From a virus, in IMG/VR virus record IMGVR_UViG_3300031673_008942, positions 49,637 through 113,636 of that record: 64,000 nt of DNA, one strand, 5' to 3'. Each line of letters opens with the position of its first letter. The stretch's first letter is position 1. Positions 1 through 9,934 of the stretch are shown in pieces. A model generated the notes under the pieces. That model was not told where the DNA came from, did no database searches, and worked only from the letters and a program-made list of their open reading frames with translations. The position numbers and the translations under genes were made by a program.

Positions 1-2
1 AT

Positions 3-884
3 GCTCCTAAGAGATTGAGTATTGAAGAGGAGATGGCTAAGAGTCTTCAAGAGGGCAACAAGGATAATAAAGTATCTGCCGCAGGAATTCAAAAATTAGT
101 TGAGGCGGGTACAACTCCCGGTTCTTTGTATACTCATGATGTTACAAGCGAGGGATGGCTTGCTAAAATATATGGCTTTTTAACTCAATCGGGTTCTGGG
201 ACAACCTCCGAGGCTGAAAAAGCTAAGAAGGAAGTTGCAGATTTGAAGTCTAAGGAGCTAAAAAGCCTCTCGCCAGGAGACAAACTACAGAAGATAGTTG
301 CAGATAAGCAGGCCAAAGAAGCAAAAAAACTCTCACCTGGAGAGAAGATTCAGCAACAACTTGGAAAAGCTCAGTTGAAAGAGCGTGAGTTGAGAATGGC
401 TGAAATAAGAAATCCTTTAGCAGGAGGTGGACCTGGTGAGGATATAATGTCTGGGAAAACGTTTAAAGAATTAGGAAAGATTGAGAAAGAATCATTAAAG
501 AAAGATTCAGATAAAAAGGCATTGTTACAAACTCTTGAGAATACAACTACTGGATTGGGGATGACTCCTCTAGCTGAAGGTAATCAGCAAGTAGTTCCTG
601 AATCGAGCAAACTCGCACAGAATGCGGAGCAGGGTAAAAGAGAGGTAATGTCCCAAGAGAAAGTGGCTCAAAATTCCATGCAACCAAAGCCGGGTTTTGC
701 CGCTCCTTCAGGAGATTTAGGCGGAGGAGGGGGCGAGTTGCCTGCTTTAAAAATAACAGGAACCATGGAAGTGAAATTTGATAATCAGATGTTCCGCAAT
801 CAAGTGGTTACGATTGTTGGCGAGTCAATTAATACTGGCGAAATAAGAAAGTCGCTGGAACAATTAGTGGTATTTAAGACATAA
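3..884 (+). CDS. C-terminal part of a large virion protein, probably tape measure (5' truncated by window)
   Basis: Frame is open back to the window edge; K/E/Q/A-rich helical sequence; ends in a short 'LKITGTMEVKFD' beta segment typical of TMP C-termini; lies directly upstream of a tail hub-like gene. Confidence 0.45.
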   Translation, partial: APKRLSIEEEMAKSLQEGNKDNKVSAAGIQKLVEAGTTPGSLYTHDVTSEGWLAKIYGFLTQSGSGTTSEAEKAKKEVADLKSKELKSLSPGDKLQKIVADKQAKEAKKLSPGEKIQQQLGKAQLKERELRMAEIRNPLAGGGPGEDIMSGKTFKELGKIEKESLKKDSDKKALLQTLENTTTGLGMTPLAEGNQQVVPESSKLAQNAEQGKREVMSQEKVAQNSMQPKPGFAAPSGDLGGGGGELPALKITGTMEVKFDNQMFRNQVVTIVGESINTGEIRKSLEQLVVFKT

Positions 885-3415
885 TGAGCAATCCAGTAGC
901 GACAATCGGTAATTCAATTGTAGGACCTTCTGACCCTCAGGTGATTCGGAAGCAGTTCACTCGTATTGTGTATGACCAACAAGATTTCTTTGTCTATGCA
1001 CAAGGAGAATTTGACCCAACTTATACTACATTCGACCCTACCGAGTTGGGTGAGCGATTCTTTATTTTTGTTCCTTTGTTGGATGCCTTGGATGGCAATA
1101 GTCCTGTTAAGCCTGATTTTGTGACTCAGGAGAGTTGGGATGATACGGTTCAGAATTCTGCAAGTGGTTTTGTAACTGCTGTAAACTCGATAATGCCCAA
1201 ATTGATGGTTCCTTCTGAGATTTTGGTTGATAATGGTTTTGATAGTAGTGGGGCATTAAATAGTGTTTTTTGGGCAGAGGTTCAAAAGGGTACAAATGTT
1301 GGAAAAAATCTTTTCAATTGGACGATGACAGATATTAATGGTGGCGGAAGCCCTGGTACAGCATTCTATGAAAACGTTCAGACTGGTGCATTTTGGGGTT
1401 CTCAGTATGTTTCCGTTAAGCAGAAAGATGATGAGACAAATGCCAATACAACTACAGTAGAATTGGTAAATCCTACTGACCCACCTGTTGGTGATTGGTT
1501 GGCATCAGATAGCAGTGATTTGGTTGTAGGAGGGGCGTTTATCTTGATGTTGAATGTAGTCCCTCAAAGACCTGGTACAGCAGACCCTAGCGATGTCCAA
1601 GATAACCCATGGAGCATCAAGCTTGAGTTTGGAGAGGTGACATTGGACTTATCTGAGACTGGAGCTTTAAAGGCTGCTATTGGTGGGTTAGAGGATAATA
1701 CAATTACTGCCAACCTATCGGAGGGTAAGACTAAGGAAGGTCCTCCTCAGCAACAACATATTGATGATAAGTCTCCATTTATTATTCAGGTGTATCCAGT
1801 TTGGAATGGTATTGTGATTCAGAGTGGGGTTCAGGATAGTATTGCCAATGTAAAGCCTGCGAGTGTTTATGTTCCGAAGTTAAAGGCTCCAAGTGTCTTG
1901 AATCCTCCCTATAGCAGTGGTTTTGACCCTACTGCTCCAGCCGAGGTTGAGGTAGGTGTTGGTTCAGGAGCGACATTGGTGACGGTAGATTTTGGCAGTA
2001 CTCTTACGATGACTGCAAAGAATTGTCGTTATGACTTTTCTTATCAGCCTTTATTTTTCAGTAATCAATGTTGGTTTGATGAGTTTTTTGTTGGGTCTGA
2101 TGACCAAGGTGGTGTGGTTTCTTATGCTTATTCTGTTTATCCGATTTGGACTGCAAATGGCACAGCGGCGGTGTTGAGTCCTACTCCTGTGGTTACTCAA
2201 TCGACTTTTTCAGGACCGTTGCCAGATACTTCTTATTTTTATATAAACTGGCGTTTAACAGAGACTGCTCATAGTCGATTTGCTGGTGAGATATTTGGAA
2301 GCATTTTAGAGGTGGCTGAAACTCGTGAGTTCCCCATTAAGAATGGTAATGGTAGTTTTGATTTAACATGGACAGGAGGTACGGCGGGAGACCCTTCCCC
2401 AACGGGTGATTGGGTTGATTACATTCAAAGCATTTCTATCTCTATTACTACGGATGGTAGTAGTGGACAAATAGTTGTTGATAAGTTTGGGGTTGCCGGT
2501 CAGGATGCGATTGCTACTCAAGATATTGGGGCAATTACAATAAGTTGTTCAGGAGCGGAGGGAACCGTTGGAGGTTCTCTTTTCCAAGGATTAGCACAAG
2601 GTATATCTGAAACCAAATCCTCAGATGGGGCGACTTGGACTATCCCTCTTATTGGGTTGGAGAAGAAGCTTGATGATATTGCTTTAATCAATGTTCCATT
2701 TTTTGATGGGGAGAAGCTTTCTACTACTTTTGATTTCATGACTCGTTATGCAGGTATTGTGGATGACCAGAGTGGCTCTCCAAGCGCTGGCTCAATTCAA
2801 CTTTCTGTATCTCAAGATGTTAACGTGGCTCGTTTTGATTGGAAGTCGGGTACGAGTGTGAGAGCGGCCTTAGATGATATTATGGTAGATACTCAGCAGG
2901 GTTTTACGGTTTGGGATGGTAAAGTATTTTTATGGAATTTGGGGACGGATGGTTTGCCGACTTCTTTGGGTCCAGACCAGTCGGGGGCTTATCCTGATAC
3001 AAAGATGGTATTGGAAGACCAGACTCCTGATTTTGATGATGTAAGAAATGAAATTGTAGTAATTGCACTACAAGCGATTTCTGATGGCAAGGGGTCTCAG
3101 ATTGAGGATATCCCAACGATTCCTCGTTTCGAGACTCGTCAAACTACTACTACTCCTGATATTCCATGGGCAAAATCCCTTGTGCAACCATTGCCTGGGT
3201 TTTTAACTCAGTCGGAGATGAGCGATATTGCCGATAGGTTACAGAATGCTACTAAGGCTTACACGATTATTGGTAGAACGACGATTGCGGGAAATGCTGA
3301 TATTAGACCTTATGATAGATGGGGCAGTTTCATTATTTATAGTGTAAGCCATAATATAGATTTCCAGGCAAAGAGTTGGACAACAGATTTAGAATTTAGA
3401 ACATCAACATCATAG
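884..3415 (+). CDS. tail/baseplate structural protein with hub-like C-terminus
   Basis: 843 aa, acidic, G/S/T/D-rich beta protein; C-terminal 'TTIAGNADIRPYD...IIYSVSHNIDF...WTTDLEF' resembles gp27/gpD-type hub ends. Confidence 0.55.
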   Translation: MSNPVATIGNSIVGPSDPQVIRKQFTRIVYDQQDFFVYAQGEFDPTYTTFDPTELGERFFIFVPLLDALDGNSPVKPDFVTQESWDDTVQNSASGFVTAVNSIMPKLMVPSEILVDNGFDSSGALNSVFWAEVQKGTNVGKNLFNWTMTDINGGGSPGTAFYENVQTGAFWGSQYVSVKQKDDETNANTTTVELVNPTDPPVGDWLASDSSDLVVGGAFILMLNVVPQRPGTADPSDVQDNPWSIKLEFGEVTLDLSETGALKAAIGGLEDNTITANLSEGKTKEGPPQQQHIDDKSPFIIQVYPVWNGIVIQSGVQDSIANVKPASVYVPKLKAPSVLNPPYSSGFDPTAPAEVEVGVGSGATLVTVDFGSTLTMTAKNCRYDFSYQPLFFSNQCWFDEFFVGSDDQGGVVSYAYSVYPIWTANGTAAVLSPTPVVTQSTFSGPLPDTSYFYINWRLTETAHSRFAGEIFGSILEVAETREFPIKNGNGSFDLTWTGGTAGDPSPTGDWVDYIQSISISITTDGSSGQIVVDKFGVAGQDAIATQDIGAITISCSGAEGTVGGSLFQGLAQGISETKSSDGATWTIPLIGLEKKLDDIALINVPFFDGEKLSTTFDFMTRYAGIVDDQSGSPSAGSIQLSVSQDVNVARFDWKSGTSVRAALDDIMVDTQQGFTVWDGKVFLWNLGTDGLPTSLGPDQSGAYPDTKMVLEDQTPDFDDVRNEIVVIALQAISDGKGSQIEDIPTIPRFETRQTTTTPDIPWAKSLVQPLPGFLTQSEMSDIADRLQNATKAYTIIGRTTIAGNADIRPYDRWGSFIIYSVSHNIDFQAKSWTTDLEFRTSTS

Positions 3416-3425
3416 AGGTGATATT

Positions 3426-3620
3426 ATGAGCACATCAAGAACATGGTTTCAAAAAAATGCTAATCAGAATATGACTGCAAATTTGTCAAAGCTTCCGACC
3501 CTAGCAATGACAGGGCATTCCGCAGGTGCCAATCCTAATAATACCAATAAAGACAAGAATGGAAATAATGCTTTTGTGGTCGGTAAAACAGTAGTTGGAG
3601 GAGAGGAGGTTATCGGATGA
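3426..3620 (+). CDS. small hypothetical virion-module protein
   Basis: GAGGTG SD upstream; ATGA overlap with the next gene. Confidence 0.6.
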   Translation: MSTSRTWFQKNANQNMTANLSKLPTLAMTGHSAGANPNNTNKDKNGNNAFVVGKTVVGGEEVIG

Positions 3621-4525
3621 AAGCTTATAAGCAACGTACAAAATATTTGAACATCCCCGTAGTCGGTCTTGGAGATAGGATAGAGCCTTCCCAAGAATTG
3701 AAGAAGTATCAAATAATTGAAAATATGCTAATTGCCGGAACTCAGGGTGTGCAGTGTGTGGTTTTTGATGATGGTGATTATTCTTTAGAGAAGGAAACTG
3801 ATACAACTTATAAGGTGTCATGCCAGGCAACTGGTACGATGCCATGTGCTATTGGGATGGTTAATGGTGCTTACTTTAACGCTCATAGTAGAATTACATG
3901 GGAAGGTTTGAAGAAAGGTGTTCAGAACTGGCTCTATGTGAGAGGGTATGCTAAGACCTTTGAGGACTGTACTTATATTAAGACAACTTCTTCAATTAGG
4001 GATTTGGGTTCTAAGAAGACTCATTTGTTGATGGCTTATGTTGATTTACGAGAAGAGAGTCCTGTTTTAAATGTGTACCCTGATGGAAAAGTTTATTCTG
4101 ATGATGTGGCACGACATGCTTTGGATAATACTAACCCCCATGGGCGTAAGTTGATTCAAGATGAATTGATTATTAATAAGAATCTTCAGCTTGGGGATGA
4201 GGAGCATACTCCAGTTGTTTCTATTTTTACTGGTGGAGAGAAGAGGGAGTTTGCGATAGATGCGGTTGCATCTGCGGTTTCTTCTTTGGCGGGACAGAGG
4301 GCAATCTTCTTGGATTTTGAGACAGGAGGAACGGAGGGTATCCTGCTCTCGGTTGAAGATGGTTTGAAGGTTATATTTGCTCATCCTCAGGGCCCTTCTT
4401 TTTCTGGAGAATTTACTGTTGGCTATGAAAATTCTGATGAGAAAGTTGATAAGAGTAATGAGGTGATGGTGTATAATAGTGGGGGCACTAAAGAAAAAGC
4501 ACGTATCATGATAATTTGTGGATAA
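3617..4525 (+). CDS. hypothetical tail/baseplate-associated protein
   Basis: 302-aa ORF coupled to neighbours; 'HALDNTNPH' motif (H..D..NPH) seen in tail-fibre-related proteins. Confidence 0.5.
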   Translation: MKAYKQRTKYLNIPVVGLGDRIEPSQELKKYQIIENMLIAGTQGVQCVVFDDGDYSLEKETDTTYKVSCQATGTMPCAIGMVNGAYFNAHSRITWEGLKKGVQNWLYVRGYAKTFEDCTYIKTTSSIRDLGSKKTHLLMAYVDLREESPVLNVYPDGKVYSDDVARHALDNTNPHGRKLIQDELIINKNLQLGDEEHTPVVSIFTGGEKREFAIDAVASAVSSLAGQRAIFLDFETGGTEGILLSVEDGLKVIFAHPQGPSFSGEFTVGYENSDEKVDKSNEVMVYNSGGTKEKARIMIICG

Positions 4526-4528
4526 TCT

Positions 4529-7276
4529 ATGGCAAACGATGGTACCGACAAAAAGAATTTAGAATATAATAAATTTTTCCATGTTTCTCGACATATTGAA
4601 CCAGTAATTGTCAAGGACAGGGATGTTGTTGCATTCTGGCCAGATACTGTGTGGTTTGATGCTACGAGTGGAATAAATATTTGGCGTGATTCCACTAAGT
4701 CACGAGTGGTATATTCGGGTACTCCAACAACAATCGAAGAGAGTGAAAGAACATTGATGTGGGGGCGTGTAGGGGAGGGTGGAGATTTGGTTTCGGGGTG
4801 GAGGTGGGTCCCCTATGTTCCAAGCCTAGATGCAGATGAGAATGACCTTCTTCCTCTGAGGGAGGTTTATGCTCCAAGAGTAGTTTATGATAGGACTTCT
4901 AATACTATTCATTTATGGTTTTGGACGAATGTTAAGTATGGTTATAATGGGGATGAGTATGACCCTGACCAGATTTATTATATTGGTGTCCAGGATTACT
5001 TACCTGCGATTAAATCAAAGACGGCTCCAGAAGAGGCGGCCAAGAGGGTGCTTTGCTATGCGGTAGGGCAGTTTGGCCATTACTATATGGAAGGCGGTTT
5101 TGTAAGTGGTTTTCAAGGAGTGCAGGGGAACAAGGGTACTACACAAAATGCTGTAAATGATTTGGTGCCGATTTTCACTCTTCCCAAGATTATTAATAAA
5201 GATACAAGCGGAGGCACAGTTGGGCAGGGGATTATAACTGATGGGTGGTATCTTCCAACGGGTGCTTCAGGAAGCAGTGGGGCAACGGGATGTGATGGGT
5301 GCGAGTATGCTCCATTGTATGAGATTTCATGTGGGGCAGAGACCATTGAATTTTTGGCAGGTGTTTCAAGAGGAACGGAGGGATGTTGGGCAGTTGATGA
5401 GCCAGTTTGTGTAAATGTTCCCAAACCTGAGGGTGTTGATGCAGGGGCATGTTATCCAAAGCAGTTTCAAGGAAAGGTCACAGAGCTTCAACAAAGAACG
5501 GTTGGAGGGAGTCCCTATAATGGGGTTATTGTTAGTTTTGATGGGAATGTAGAATTTGATTGTTGCACTGAATGGGCTAGTGAGTTTGAATATGCCAATG
5601 GTGCAATGGGAATACAAGATGCCTCTAAGTGGACTTTTTGTCATGGGATTTGTCCTCCAGCAGGTCCAACGGGTTTCCAGGGATTTCAAGGCTTCCAGGG
5701 CTTCCAGGGATTTCAGGGTTTTCAGGGATTCCAGGGATTCCAGGGTTTCCAAGGCTTCCAAGGCTTCCAGGGTTTTCAAGGTTTTCAAGGGTTTCAGGGA
5801 CCTCAAGGGAATCAAGGATGGCAGGGACCTTCTGGTGGACCGGTTGGTCCAACGGGGGGTGTCGGAGGAACTGGAATCCAAGGCTTCCAAGGGGCTCAGG
5901 GTTGGCAGGGCGTTCAGGGATTCCAAGGGCCGCAAGGCTTCCAAGGTCCACAGGGTTTTCAAGGTCCACAGGGTTTCCAAGGTCCACAGGGTTTCCAAGG
6001 GCCACAGGGTTTCCAAGGATTTCAAGGACCACAGGGGTTTCAAGGGCCTCAAGGTTTTCAAGGTCTACAGGGTTTCCAAGGTCCACAGGGTTTCCAAGGG
6101 TTTCAAGGACCACAGGGGCTTCAAGGACCTCAAGGGTTTCAAGGACCTCAGGGGTCTCAAGGCGATGAGGGGACAGATGGAACAGACGGAGCTTCGGGGA
6201 GCCAAGGACCTCAGGGGCCACAAGGGGCCGGAGCTATTGGTTCTCAAGTTACATTTACAGTTGTTACAAATACTGATTATACAGACCCTACTTTTAAGCA
6301 AACTAAAAGACAAGTAACTGTTAATGGTATCTTAGGAGCCGAAGCAGAGACTACTGTATTTACGGCTGAGGATTGCGATGATGGACCGGGAGGGGGAGCT
6401 CAAGGTCCTCAAGGTCCGGCTGGGCTTCAGGGTTTTCAAGGTCATAAGGGTGATGATGGGGATGATGGGGATGAAGGTCCTCAAGGCGATGATGGTTCTA
6501 ATGGGACTAATGGTGAAGATGGTGCGACAGGAACAACTGGTCCTCAGGGAGTTCAGGGTTTTCAGGGTTTTCATGGTTTTCAGGGTTTTCAGGGACTTCA
6601 AGGCTATCAAGGCTATCAAGGGTTTCAAGGGTTTCAGGGTGGTCAAGGGTTTCAAGGATTACAGGGTGCAAGCGAATCTGAGCAGACAATTACTTTTGTC
6701 ACTGATAGTGAATTCAATTCAGGCAATGGTTCATTCGTCAATACTTTCAGGCAGATTACCTTTCAGGGAAGTTTGGGTTCAACCGGCTCCGATATTGTTT
6801 TTCAAGCTACGGGCTGTGCTCTTATAATCACTGGGGCTCAAGGATTAGCCGGTTCTGATGGCTCTAATGGAGTGCAGGGAAGCCAAGGTTCTGATGGTTC
6901 TGATGGTTCTGATGGTTCTGATGGAAACCAGGGTTTTCAGGGATTTCAGGGATTTCATGGGGTTCAGGGACCAACAGCTTGTAATATGCCTAAGTTGATT
7001 ACGGCAGGGCATTCTCCTTATAGTGCTCAATTTGGCGAATACTTGCTTGTAGATTCTACCGATAATTTAATAACTGTTAATTTGCCTACTCCAATCGCTG
7101 TTGGGGATTGTCCTCTTATGATGGTAGACCCAACAAGTAGTTGGAAGGTTAATGCGATTAATGTTGGAAGAAATGGTAACACAATCGGAGGTTTGTCTCA
7201 AGATGATACTCTTACGGGGGTTCAATGGACTGAATATGTTCCTGTAAGTACTTCGGATTGGAGGAAGAGAGATTAA
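4529..7276 (+). CDS. collagen-like (Gly-X-Y) tail fibre protein, GFQ/GPQ-rich, Cys-rich
   Basis: Long Gly-X-Y tracts ([12 protein letters not shown]) separated by beta modules; C-terminal '[14 protein letters not shown]...[10 protein letters not shown]' fibre-type domain. Confidence 0.8.
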   Translation: MANDGTDKKNLEYNKFFHVSRHIEPVIVKDRDVVAFWPDTVWFDATSGINIWRDSTKSRVVYSGTPTTIEESERTLMWGRVGEGGDLVSGWRWVPYVPSLDADENDLLPLREVYAPRVVYDRTSNTIHLWFWTNVKYGYNGDEYDPDQIYYIGVQDYLPAIKSKTAPEEAAKRVLCYAVGQFGHYYMEGGFVSGFQGVQGNKGTTQNAVNDLVPIFTLPKIINKDTSGGTVGQGIITDGWYLPTGASGSSGATGCDGCEYAPLYEISCGAETIEFLAGVSRGTEGCWAVDEPVCVNVPKPEGVDAGACYPKQFQGKVTELQQRTVGGSPYNGVIVSFDGNVEFDCCTEWASEFEYANGAMGIQDASKWTFCHGICPPAGPTGFQGFQGFQGFQGFQGFQGFQGFQGFQGFQGFQGFQGFQGFQGPQGNQGWQGPSGGPVGPTGGVGGTGIQGFQGAQGWQGVQGFQGPQGFQGPQGFQGPQGFQGPQGFQGPQGFQGFQGPQGFQGPQGFQGLQGFQGPQGFQGFQGPQGLQGPQGFQGPQGSQGDEGTDGTDGASGSQGPQGPQGAGAIGSQVTFTVVTNTDYTDPTFKQTKRQVTVNGILGAEAETTVFTAEDCDDGPGGGAQGPQGPAGLQGFQGHKGDDGDDGDEGPQGDDGSNGTNGEDGATGTTGPQGVQGFQGFHGFQGFQGLQGYQGYQGFQGFQGGQGFQGLQGASESEQTITFVTDSEFNSGNGSFVNTFRQITFQGSLGSTGSDIVFQATGCALIITGAQGLAGSDGSNGVQGSQGSDGSDGSDGSDGNQGFQGFQGFHGVQGPTACNMPKLITAGHSPYSAQFGEYLLVDSTDNLITVNLPTPIAVGDCPLMMVDPTSSWKVNAINVGRNGNTIGGLSQDDTLTGVQWTEYVPVSTSDWRKRD
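5672..5797 (+). repeat. 14 consecutive 9-bp units encoding (GFQ)14
   Basis: GGN-TTY-CAR repeated 14 times with synonymous variation. Confidence 0.95.
6887..6922 (+). repeat. perfect tandem repeat (GGTTCTGAT)4, encoding (GSD)4
   Basis: Read directly. Confidence 0.95.
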
Positions 7277-7657
7277 ATGGATTTTTTTGAATCATGGATT
7301 TGTAAGAGTAGGCGAGAATGTAAGAAATGTAGATTGTCTCGTGAGTATAGAATAGATGTAATAAAGAAATTTGATAATCCTGAAGAGATTGATTTTGAAT
7401 GTCCTTTGGGGAAGTCAGCGGATGACTATGCAACAACGTCTAAAATGGCATTTGGAGTGGCACAGGCAGCAGGTCGTACAGTTAAGGCGATTGCAACAGG
7501 AAAAAATGCTGTAGTGAATGATGAAGAAAAAAGAAGAAGACTTTCTATTTGTGGAGAGTGTGAATTTTATAAGAGTGGAAAGTGTGAGGCATGTGGTTGT
7601 TTTGTTAACTTCAAAGCCAGATTGGCAACGGAACATTGTATAAAAGGTAAATGGTAA
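7277..7657 (+). CDS. Cys-rich small protein (DUF6171-like C-terminus)
   Basis: 'RRLSICGECEFY..GKCEACGCFV..KARLATEHCIKGKW' plus an N-terminal CxxxxxCxxC cluster. Confidence 0.65.
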   Translation: MDFFESWICKSRRECKKCRLSREYRIDVIKKFDNPEEIDFECPLGKSADDYATTSKMAFGVAQAAGRTVKAIATGKNAVVNDEEKRRRLSICGECEFYKSGKCEACGCFVNFKARLATEHCIKGKW

Positions 7658-7687
7658 AAGGTAAAAGGTAAAAGGTAAAAGGTAAAA
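7653..7687 (+). repeat. intergenic heptamer tandem repeat (GGTAAAA)5
   Basis: Five exact copies spanning from the stop of 7277..7657 to the ATG at 7687. Confidence 0.95.
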
Positions 7688-9393
7688 TGGGTATATCTGC
7701 ATCAGTTATTGTAAAAAATGAGGAAGAAGTTCTTCCAAGAATGTTGGAATGTGTAAGCAAATGGGCAGATGAAATAGTAATCGTTGATACGGGCTCAACT
7801 GATAGAACCGTAGAGATTGCTCAGGCTCATCCGAAAGTGAGGTTTTTCTATAGTAATTTTTTTAATAAGGATACTGATATTTCTGATTTCCAATTTAATG
7901 TAGCTAAGAATGAAGCCATTGATAGGTGTAGGGAGGATTGGATTTGTTGGTGGGATGCTGATGATTTTATTGATGATGAGAATGCTTTTAAGATAAAGTC
8001 TCTGGCTCAAGGGGCACCAATTGCTCCTTCTTTATATACATTTGAGATGAGGTTTGAAGGGATGATTTTTGAGCATTGTCGTCTTTTTATGAATGGTTAT
8101 AATATTCGATTTGATGAGCATCATTCATGTCATGAATATTTAAATACATTGGGTCATCCTCATCACCATCGACGGGATATTGTGATTCAGCATCGACCTG
8201 GTAAAAATCATAGTAATAGTGCCACAAGGAATCTTAGTATTCTGGAGAAGGATTATTATAAAAGAGGGTATGATGACCAGAGAACATTGTTTTATTTGGC
8301 AAATAGTTATAGGGAAAGCGGTAAGCCGGAGAATGCTATTGGATTTTATGATAAGTATTTGAAGATAAGCCAATGGCCAGAGGAGCGATTTTTTGCGAGA
8401 CTTTATAAGGGCGGTTGTTTCCGAGCTCTTAATAAGCAAGTGGATGCTAGAAGGGAGTATTTACTTTGTTTGATTGAGGATTTTCGTTTTGCGGAGCCTT
8501 ATGCCATGTTGGGGGATATCTCTTTAACGGAGGGGGATTTAAATCGTGCTGAACACTGGTATAAGATGGCCTTGGCAACACCATTCCCTACTGATTCCAG
8601 GCTATTTGCTGTGGGTCAAATGTATGATTCTTATCCCAAGGGGCAATTGGAGTTGGTTTACAAAAAGCGAGGAGATAAGCCTTCTGAACCAAATGTTCCA
8701 AATCCTTATGGAGTGTCTCCGAAAGATAATTCAGTGTCTGATTCTCGCCCTGTGGTGAAATATGACCTTCCTGAGGATAGGCGTGAGATGTTTCTGGCAT
8801 TATCGGCTTTTGAGATATTGAGTGCGTGTAACGGGGTGTTGGTGGAGGTGGTATGTCCTGATGAGTTTTCTAAAGAGATTGCTGAAAGGGCATCATGCGT
8901 GAAGGTCTCTCAAGGAGAGGGCATGAAAGTCGGATTGCCTACAGATTTGAAAGATAAACATGGTGTGGAGTGGATGTGTCGGTCGGCAGGAATGGTGCCG
9001 AAGGGTATAGGTTCATTCTCATTGAATGGTAAATGTGCCCCAACTAAGAATAAGGTAGTAATTCAGCGTGGTCCTCAATGGGGGGAGGAAAATTGGAATC
9101 AATTACGAAATGAATTGCAAGATGTTAATATTGTTGATGTTACTGGTCGAGATGGGAGTTCGGTTGTTCACGAGATGGAGGATGCTCATTTGTTTGTGTG
9201 TGAGGGGGATTGGGGGCAACATTTGTCTAAAGCGATGGGTGTAGATACGGTGGTTCTATGGGGCGATTCTATGCCAGAGCAGAATGGATGGTTTGACCAA
9301 GAGAATATGGTTCATCCAAGAAATGGTAAATTAAATCTTATATCTCCCTCTTCTATAAAAGACTGTATTGAAAGGAGGTTGGATTATGCCTAG
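7687..9393 (+). CDS. GT2 glycosyltransferase with TPR repeats and C-terminal GT9-like domain
   Basis: 'IVKNEEEVL..ML', 'IVDTGSTDRT', 'WWDADD', 'HEYL'; TPR 'RTLFYLANSY..G..ENAI..Y'; tail 'HLSKAMGVDTVVLWG'. Confidence 0.85.
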   Translation: MGISASVIVKNEEEVLPRMLECVSKWADEIVIVDTGSTDRTVEIAQAHPKVRFFYSNFFNKDTDISDFQFNVAKNEAIDRCREDWICWWDADDFIDDENAFKIKSLAQGAPIAPSLYTFEMRFEGMIFEHCRLFMNGYNIRFDEHHSCHEYLNTLGHPHHHRRDIVIQHRPGKNHSNSATRNLSILEKDYYKRGYDDQRTLFYLANSYRESGKPENAIGFYDKYLKISQWPEERFFARLYKGGCFRALNKQVDARREYLLCLIEDFRFAEPYAMLGDISLTEGDLNRAEHWYKMALATPFPTDSRLFAVGQMYDSYPKGQLELVYKKRGDKPSEPNVPNPYGVSPKDNSVSDSRPVVKYDLPEDRREMFLALSAFEILSACNGVLVEVVCPDEFSKEIAERASCVKVSQGEGMKVGLPTDLKDKHGVEWMCRSAGMVPKGIGSFSLNGKCAPTKNKVVIQRGPQWGEENWNQLRNELQDVNIVDVTGRDGSSVVHEMEDAHLFVCEGDWGQHLSKAMGVDTVVLWGDSMPEQNGWFDQENMVHPRNGKLNLISPSSIKDCIERRLDYA

Positions 9394-9853
9394 TTTAGCG
9401 TTTTACAATAATACGCCACAGCCAGTGTGTGATTTTATAGGTATTTTGATAGCAGAGACAAAACTTTGTGGAATAATAAATAACTGTTCAAGGAGGCAAC
9501 CGATGCCATATACGCCTATTGATTTATATAAGGACAATGATAGAAGGTTACGAGTTTTCATTAAAGATGGTAATCTGAATGTTGTTGATGTAACGAATGC
9601 TGTTGGAATTTTTACTGTTAAGGATACCAAAGAAGATGCTATCATATTTCAGAAGAGTACTGCGGTTCCATCTGAGGGGGCGATTGGTTCTGGAGATGAG
9701 GGGGAAATGTTTTTCTATATTGTCCCTTCGGACACCACTTCTTTGACTGGGGGAGGTCAATATGTATATGATGTTCAGGTTACATTGGATACGGGATTGG
9801 TCTATACCACGGTAGAGGGTGTTATCAATCTTCTTCAGCCGGTTAATCCTTAA
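9386..9853 (+). CDS. BppU-like beta-sandwich virion protein
   Basis: 'FYIVPSDTTSLTGGGQYVYDVQVT' pattern; start is either ATG 9386 or ATG 9503 (AGGAGG at 9491). Confidence 0.55.
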   Translation: MPSLAFYNNTPQPVCDFIGILIAETKLCGIINNCSRRQPMPYTPIDLYKDNDRRLRVFIKDGNLNVVDVTNAVGIFTVKDTKEDAIIFQKSTAVPSEGAIGSGDEGEMFFYIVPSDTTSLTGGGQYVYDVQVTLDTGLVYTTVEGVINLLQPVNP

Positions 9854-9877
9854 ATTTTACTCCAATTGATTAATTTT

Positions 9878-9920
9878 AAAGAGCGTTTAGGGGTATAATT
9901 CCTTAGACGCTCTTTTATTT
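9878..9920 (+). terminator. hairpin plus T-tract ending the structural module; loop carries TATAAT
   Basis: AAAGAGCGTTTAGG-GGTATAATT-CCTTAGACGCTCTTT then TATTT. Confidence 0.7.
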
Positions 9921-9934
9921 AAATTCGGGATTGT

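Noticed and set aside
5672-6160. CRISPR-like array
   Set aside because: 9-bp coding repeats with no unique spacers. The Cas4-like nuclease at 57387 has no cas neighbours and is a common stand-alone phage enzyme.
5366-6827. Long alternative-frame and antisense ORFs over the collagen region
   Set aside because: By-products of stop-poor GGN-TTY-CAR repeats.
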